A stretch of 64,000 bases of DNA from Thalia democratica (taxonomy: Eukaryota). The DNA lies in assembly GCA_965202585.1 (NCBI GenBank), contig OZ241827.1, positions 61,442,001 through 61,506,000 on the forward strand. The letters run 5' to 3'. Numbering within the stretch: the stretch's first letter is position 1; each line of letters starts with the position of its first letter. The notes beneath the pieces were generated by a model. It saw nothing but the letters and a program-made list of their open reading frames with translations. It did not search any database and was not told where the DNA came from. Shown here piece after piece: positions 58,801 to 64,000 of this stretch. Made by a program: the position numbers and the translations under genes.

Positions 58801-61800
58801 TATATGACTTGACAAGCATTTGCGGTATACAGACTGTATGATTATAACTTTTTAAAGGTGTAAGTTTAAGAAAACTTGATAAGTTATTTGTTAGTCATAG
58901 AAGTACTAATTTACAAAATCAAAAAGTAAACAGTAAAAGGCTTATAAAATCAATACATAGTGTAATTTATTAAATTTACTGCTTTTATTTACAAAAAAAA
59001 ACTTGATCTTTATTTGAGTGAACAATTATGAAAAACTTCACTCTATTTGCTTTTTTAATTTTATTTATTAAGTACTTGTTCAACCATTAAAAATATGAAA
59101 CAATACTTTTATTGTTTTCAGTTCACCGCTGCATAGAAGTTCCGTCCGTAACAAACGCCGAATACGAAGTAACGAAATGGATACACGACGGATCGTTGCT
59201 GCCAGGTACCGAAGTCAGGTACACCTGCGGGAACAACCTGACCATGATACCTGAAAATTTTGTTGGCAGGATTTGCGAGGAGTTCGGAACGTGGAGGAGT
59301 GTGCCTGCTACGGCTGTTCCAATGTGTGGAAAAAGTAAAAATATGTTGCGATTTAGCTTAGGAGTAATACCGTTTGTGTTAAAATTCGTTAAGAAAAAGC
59401 TATCTCAGATTTATTCAGAACATTTAAATGTAGATCTTTCGTTTATTTAAACTCTTAAAATCATTTATAAAATATTATTTTGTTTTTAATATTTTTCTTA
59501 ATGGTTTAAAACGTAAATAATATTGTAGAACTTTATAAGCTGTCCCAACTATTTTCTAAACAAGCAGACCATCCCTTGTACCTGACATTTTATTTAAGAG
59601 AAATTAGTAGTCGTCTTTTTATAAAAAATCTAAACAATTTTTTAGTTGATATACGCAGCATATAAAATACACTAAAGCTGTACTTTGCTTTTATAATGTC
59701 ATCGGCTGTAAAAAATAGTTAGACATGAGAATTAAAAAAAAATTTGTTGACACATTATTTTTCTAAACTAAAATTGTATCGAATTTTTAAGCTTTTGTTT
59801 TTCAACAACTTTTATTTATAGTGTGTCATAAACCTGATAACATACCCTACGGAAAACTAGTGAGTCTTGACCAGAAACGTAAAGGTTTCTACTTGGAAGG
59901 TGATGTTTTAAGTTATACTTGTATTGATGGCTATATATTTCATAATGGAACATCAAGTGATTATGTTTTCAAGTGTTTAAACAACGGATCTTACAACAAC
60001 ACTAGAAAACCTCTCTGCATCACAAGTTACTAAGTCTTTATATAAATATGACTTTTTAATACTTACACCTTATTTGTTATTACTTTTATATTTTTAAGAT
60101 TTATTAACTATTCTAAAATACTAATTTATTTCAATCAAATATTAAGGTGGAGTTAGGGTTGTTTTTTATAGAATAAACTTTAGTAATAAGCTTTTTAATA
60201 TAAAATGCAAACATTTGATTTGTAATAAAAAACAGCTATGATATTAATTTTCTCATAAAAAAATGACTTTACCATACAAATAACTTCACAAACAATCGCA
60301 ACTAAATTTAAAAGTAGTTTTTTATAATTTAAAGTAAAGTATGTAGTTTATTATCTTTAAATCATTTTTCTACCTACAAGTTAAATATAAATTATAATAA
60401 ACACTGTTAACAAGGATAAACAAATACTTAGAAATCAAGGCGTCTTAAGAAGCAAACTTAGTTTCTGAAGGCAGTTTGATTGTACTACGTTTGACTTCAA
60501 ACAATAGTAAAACAGCGTTTATCCTTATACTAAAAAAAATGTTCTGTTTTATTTCTGTAAAACTACGCACTTTAAAACCTAGTTTTTGTAATTTTATCAT
60601 AAAAGTATAAATACTAAAAATAATCATTCATTTTAAGTGTAGTATCTTCTAAATTACTATTGTCTTTTAATACTATAAACTTTATACAGTAATTGAGTAA
60701 ATCCATTTATAGATTTAGTTTTGTGAATGGTTACTAGATTAACTTGCTAGAAACTGTTGTTTTAACGGATATTGAGTTAATGGATTTCAAAAATTTAAAT
60801 TACTTTTAGTTTAACAATCGTTCTGTTAGGTTTTTTTCTATATGAAACTTACAAATAAGTACGTTCTTAAACTATACAGCTGATTAATTTTGAAAATATC
60901 TGTTATTCATTACCAAGCAACAAGTTTACGTTACGATAGGTTGTCCTTCGCCTCCTACAGGAGATAACTTGAGTTGGAAAATAACATTCAGCCATAAGAA
61001 AGACGAGTTTTGGAGTGAAACTGAAGTTACCTATAAATGTGCTTCTACGCATAGTTTTTTGTGGGGGGAAAACAAAAAGCGGACGTGTGGATTTAACGGA
61101 AGTTGGGACTTTCAAAATGCCCCTAAATGTATTCCACGTTAGTAAAATAAAATGAGTTAACCACTCACTTAACAAAACATTTTTCTCCATTTTCTTAAAG
61201 ATAATTATTGTTCGATGTAATTAATATTTTGTTTTGTTTTAGTTTGTCGTAAACTCGATGACATACTTAACGGAAAATTAAATGCTCTCGACCAAAAAAC
61301 AACCGGTGTTTACATAAATGGTGATACTTTCAGTTATACTTGTAATGATGGCTATATATTTCATAATGGAACATCAAGTGATTATATTTACCAGTGTTCA
61401 GATGACGGATCTTACAACAACACTAAAGAACCTCTCTGCATTACAAGTTAGTTCACATTTCGTACACTTTTAAAAAACTGTTATTTATCTGCTGTTTTGT
61501 TGAAATTAACAAAGTTTATAGTTTCTAAAGTTTTATGTTGTTACAATCAAATAAAATGTTTAAATTTTTACATCTTATTGACAGTTTTGCTAAAGTTAAG
61601 CTTAATATCTTATAACATGTTTACCATATTTAAGTCAAATTTTATTATTAACTGATGATCTCTTTTTTGAGTGAAGTATTGTTTTTATAATAAATCTTAA
61701 AATATTTGAAGTTATATCATTCTCAGGGTTCGTGCGCATCAGGCTTAATTAGGCAAAATCAGGCTAAATCAATTTTTTTGAAAAAAGTCATCAGGCTAAA

Positions 61801-64000
61801 TAATTTTTTTTTATTCAAAAATTTGAGATTATTATTTTTTAAAGTTCAAACGCTTAAAAATTATTGTTTAAAATAATTGAGAATTATTTAAAGATCAAAT
61901 TGAGATGTGAATTTACTTCTCAATATAAATTTAGGTATTAAAGACAAAATCAGTCAGTAATTGTAAAAACAAATGCTTAAGTCCTTTTGTTGAATCTCTA
62001 AAAAAATTTTAAGAGTCTTCATTATTTTGTTTTGAGTAGATTATGTACGTCATATGAAAACTCATAAAAAATTATACAGTTTAGACATTACAGTTTAGAT
62101 CAACAACTTAGCTGTTTGTTTGAATTTGTTTACATCAGCTATGTTTTTCAGAGCTTAGTTGGTTGAACTGTTTTAATTTATAGTTTTAAGGCTTTATAAC
62201 AAATACCTTTTAGATCAAAACTCTTACCAGTTTATTCATACATTTTACTATTTATTTATTTAAAATTATCAGAGATATTCACAACACTAAAACTTACCTT
62301 TAAGGTATAAGTACTAAGTATTGAGGGAGTACAAATTTCAGGTACAATTTGTTTTTCTTTACAACAACAAAATATTAAATGTTTTTTTTTTAATTTAAGT
62401 GTAATCTTTTTAAATCTGATATGAAATTAACAATTAATGTATATATTTAGGGTTTAGGATTTATAACTATATATCAATTTTAAGTATTAATCAAAAAACT
62501 ATAATAAACATGTTGTACTTATTTTAATACTTGTGTAACCTTTAATTTTAAATGTTAATAAAACACTACAATGCACGTCGTTTTATTATAAATTTTCTAG
62601 TTATAATATTTTTATTTAATGCTTAACTAAATTGAACAATTGTGCTTTGTGATATATATTACATTTTTACAATAGTAATAGATTAGATATAACACTTATT
62701 TTAAAACTTATCACTGATTTTTTTATCTTAAGGGCATAGGGGAGTGAGAGTCAATCACTTTTTTTATAATTTATTCTTATTTTATTGAGTTGTAACTAAG
62801 CTATGAGTTGCTTTTTGGAGATTTTTAAAGCTCAAAATAATTTTTGCCATAAAGCCGTTAAAGTCAGAGACTACAATAGAACTAACCAAGACACCCCATA
62901 CCCCAAATGATTTATAAAGTTATATTTCCTTAATTGGAAAAAAATATCACGCTAAATCGGTCTCAATCAGGCGAAATTAAAAAAACTTTTGCGCACACAA
63001 ACTCTGCATTCTCCTAATCGATAAATTGAGATCATTAATTGTTTTTTGAAGACACAAGTTTTACAAAGTTGAGCTATGTCATAAAACAAATAAAAGTACT
63101 AGTTTTTTTCACGGTAGTCATTTTCGCACGAGTCGTTACTATGTACAAGCCTGACGACTCATGTAACATGACACACGTGACATGAAGTTACTCCGTGGGA
63201 AAGTGACAACGTTTTGAACTCTTTGGAGTTTAATTCGCTAATAACTTTTCAACTTTGTGAATATTGATTTAGTGGGCTAGAGAGTTACTTGTTTTAGTAA
63301 GATTACTGTTAAGTTGGTTTTACAAACTATCTCTTATTTCAATACTGGAGTGCATTGTCGTTAAATGAAATTATGAATTTTACAAGTTAAATTATCACAT
63401 TGTAATAGGATGCGAATTGCCTCCTGTAGGAGATTACGTCACTTCAGATATAACATTCAGCCATAAAAAAGACGAGTTTTGGAGTGAAACTGAAGTTACC
63501 TACAAGTGTGCTCCTTCACACAGTTTTTTGTGGGGTGAAATTAAAACACGGATTTGTGACTTTAATGGAAGCTGAGACTTTCAAAATGCCCCAAAGTGTG
63601 CTCCAGGTTAGTAAAAAAACAATAAAAATTTTAAACATGTTTACATAATTAGCAAAAAATTTGTCGTTTTTATTTACTATGTATTCAAATAGTAAGTTTT
63701 GACACATTTAAATTGAAAGTTTTTACCGTGTTTATGTATGATAACAAAATAGAAAACACAAAAATAATAAAGTCATCAATTCATTAAATAAACTTCCTAA
63801 CACTTTGATCTGCTGTATATATTGAATTATAGTTTTAATTTTATTGAAACGAAGCTTATATTTCAAGTTTGTGAAGTTCCACCCTATGTTCCAAACTCGT
63901 ATACAACTCCAAATAAAACTGTAAGGCTTGATAATGGAAGCATGGCAGAAAGTATAGTTGATTATAGCTGTAATCCTAATTACTATCTGGTAAACGAAAG
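40646..64000 (+). CDS. Gene B (3'-truncated): tandem paralog of gene A; 37 CCP exons visible, one with a nonsense codon; first (signal-peptide) exon uncertain
   Basis: 19 CCP exons at 40646-51004, then a near-identical copy of gene A exons A2-A19. It begins after the gene A stop codon. Confidence 0.8.
41684..41878 (+). CDS. CCP exon B2
   Basis: AG/GT, phase 1-1, CQQPPEG...QWSKFDFECKK. Confidence 0.92.
42625..42662 (+). ncRNA. Minimal hammerhead ribozyme (solo Penelope pseudo-LTR type)
   Basis: GCA-CTGACGA-GGTC ttt GACC-GAAAC tta GTT-TGT, followed by AATAAA. Confidence 0.78.
42980..43183 (+). CDS. CCP exon B3 (class L)
   Basis: AG/GT, phase 1-1, CPTLQKVQDG...PICIT. Confidence 0.92.
43372..43572 (+). 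CDS. CCP exon B4 (class P)
   Basis: AG/GT, phase 1-1, CISPPEG...APTCVP. Confidence 0.9.
44108..44314 (+). CDS. CCP exon B5 (class V)
   Basis: AG/GT, phase 1-1, CENPPFV...IFCIK. Confidence 0.9.
44630..44818 (+). CDS. CCP exon B6 (class I)
   Basis: AAG/GT, phase 1-1, CDDTPVV...IECYP. Confidence 0.9.
44930..45130 (+). CDS. CCP exon B7 (class S)
   Basis: AAG/GT, phase 1-1, CGPSPNI...FSCLH. Confidence 0.9.
45188..45385 (+). CDS. CCP exon B8 (class E)
   Basis: AG/GT, phase 1-1, CAEIVPT...PFCVK. Confidence 0.92.
45706..45927 (+). CDS. CCP exon B9 (class G)
   Basis: AG/GT, phase 1-1, CGTPKPIENG...PVCLK. Confidence 0.9.
46331..46528 (+). CDS. CCP exon B10 (class P')
   Basis: AG/GT, phase 1-1, CPSPPEG...APKCGQ. 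Confidence 0.92.
46736..46927 (+). CDS. CCP exon B11 (class T)
   Basis: AG/GT, phase 1-1, CPRFYMT...WNSTFPTCLK. Confidence 0.9.
47090..47293 (+). CDS. CCP exon B12 (class L)
   Basis: AG/GT, phase 1-1, CPALDEIPDG...PICVK. Confidence 0.92.
47556..47756 (+). CDS. CCP exon B13 (class P, GC-rich)
   Basis: AG/GT, phase 1-1, CDVLPKN...APRCVP. Confidence 0.92.
48039..48242 (+). CDS. CCP exon B14 (class V)
   Basis: AAG/GT, phase 1-1, CDQPPLI...PTCIK. Confidence 0.9.
48457..48657 (+). CDS. CCP exon B15 (class I)
   Basis: AG/GT, phase 1-1, CGVIRNY...IQCFT. Confidence 0.9.
48843..49043 (+). CDS. CCP exon B16 (class S)
   Basis: AG/GT, phase 1-1, CGRSPNV...FNCVK. Confidence 0.9.
49807..49995 (+). CDS. 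CCP exon B17 (class E)
   Basis: AG/GT, phase 1-1, CKEIEAT...NSCVK. Confidence 0.9.
50318..50524 (+). CDS. CCP exon B18 (class G)
   Basis: AG/GT, phase 1-1, CGAPDNIEDG...PVCVK. Confidence 0.9.
50807..51004 (+). CDS. CCP exon B19 (class P', = A1)
   Basis: AG/GT, phase 1-1; close paralog of B10. Confidence 0.9.
51310..51516 (+). CDS. CCP exon B20 (= A2)
   Basis: Duplicate of 371-577. Confidence 0.9.
52035..52205 (+). CDS. CCP exon B21 (= A3)
   Basis: Duplicate of 1097-1267. Confidence 0.9.
52765..52968 (+). CDS. CCP exon B22 (= A4)
   Basis: Duplicate of 1831-2034. Confidence 0.9.
53330..53527 (+). CDS. CCP exon B23 (= A5)
   Basis: Duplicate of 2397-2594. Confidence 0.9.
53628..53831 (+). 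CDS. CCP exon B24 (= A6)
   Basis: Duplicate of 2695-2898. Confidence 0.9.
54017..54784. mobile_element. Tc1/mariner (pogo/Tigger-like) MITE, 768 bp
   Basis: 25-bp imperfect TIRs CAGTAACGTCTCGCATCTTTACGCA and TGCGTAAATAAGCGAGAGGTTACTG; TA TSD; empty TA site at 3081-3082 in copy 1. Confidence 0.9.
55370..55567 (+). CDS. CCP exon B25 (= A7)
   Basis: Duplicate of 3673-3870, silent changes only. Confidence 0.9.
56479..56682 (+). CDS. CCP exon B26 (= A8)
   Basis: Duplicate of 4763-4966. Confidence 0.9.
56843..57031 (+). CDS. CCP exon B27 (= A9)
   Basis: Duplicate of 5127-5315. Confidence 0.9.
57205..57402 (+). CDS. CCP exon B28 (= A10)
   Basis: Duplicate of 5489-5686, unusually divergent. Confidence 0.9.
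57774..57974 (+). CDS. CCP exon B29 (= A11)
   Basis: Duplicate of 6056-6256. Confidence 0.9.
58136..58345 (+). CDS. CCP exon B30 (= A12)
   Basis: Duplicate of 6418-6627. Confidence 0.88.
58589..58774 (+). CDS. CCP exon B31 (= A13)
   Basis: Duplicate of 6852-7037. Confidence 0.9.
59122..59334 (+). CDS. CCP exon B32 (= A14)
   Basis: Duplicate of 7394-7606. Confidence 0.9.
59822..60025 (+). CDS. CCP exon B33 (= A15)
   Basis: Duplicate of 8082-8285. Confidence 0.9.
60940..61137 (+). CDS. CCP exon B34 (= A16)
   Basis: Duplicate of 9189-9386. Confidence 0.9.
61243..61446 (+). CDS. CCP exon B35 (= A17)
   Basis: Duplicate of 9491-9694. Confidence 0.9.
61724..63006. mobile_element. Second copy of hAT-like element with 6-bp TSD (nested TTAA-GGGCATA end at 62728)
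   Basis: CAGGGTTCGTGCGCA...GCGCACACAAACTCTG, flanked by cattct/cattct. Confidence 0.65.
63409..63606 (+). pseudogene. CCP exon B36 (= A18) with in-frame TGA at the conserved Trp
   Basis: aat gga agc TGA gac (63573-63575) versus aat gga agt TGG gac in copy 1; splice sites intact. Confidence 0.85.
63868..64000 (+). CDS. CCP exon B37 (= A19, runs off the window)
   Basis: AAG acceptor, CEVPPYVPNS... Confidence 0.85.

Larger units (their letters stand above)
50941..64000 (+). repeat. Second copy of segmental/tandem duplication; matches about 1..12340
   Basis: 50941 gaagttcttacctgcaggaaag equals base 1 onward. Exons and introns are colinear. The offset grows from 50940 to about 51665 through indels, including a 768-bp MITE. 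Confidence 0.97.

Noticed and set aside
63573-63575. TGA read as Trp or Sec
   Set aside because: Nuclear intron-containing gene; all other Trp codons are TGG, TGA ends gene A, and no SECIS was seen.
1-64000. CRISPR arrays, rRNA, complete tRNA genes, prokaryotic operons
   Set aside because: None seen; the periodic similarity is spliceosomal exon duplication.

Overview
AT-rich animal genomic DNA, probably invertebrate (an ascidian-like origin is only a guess). The window is almost entirely filled by two head-to-tail paralogous multi-exon genes on the + strand. Gene A runs from before base 1 to a TGA at 38649-38651. In the window it has 43 CCP/Sushi (SCR) exons and two 3-exon ILEI/PANDER(FAM3)-like domains, splicing into one 9498-nt frame (about 3165 aa) with no transmembrane segment. 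Gene B starts at about 38.7-40.6 kb with 19 CCP exons. From 50941 onward it repeats window bases 1-12.3 kb at roughly 95% identity, so the repeat unit is about 51 kb and a full gene would encode about 61 CCP plus 2 ILEI domains (about 4400 aa). Every internal CCP exon is phase 1-1. Modules recur as a higher-order cassette and show exon-restricted gene conversion, locally accelerated amino-acid change and one nonsense exon. Introns hold a nested CR1 > hAT > Penelope/Kolobok-like transposon stack, two minimal hammerhead ribozymes and a Tc1/pogo-type MITE present in only one copy. All exon coordinates and difference counts were read by hand from AG/GT boundaries and translation; no searches were run.
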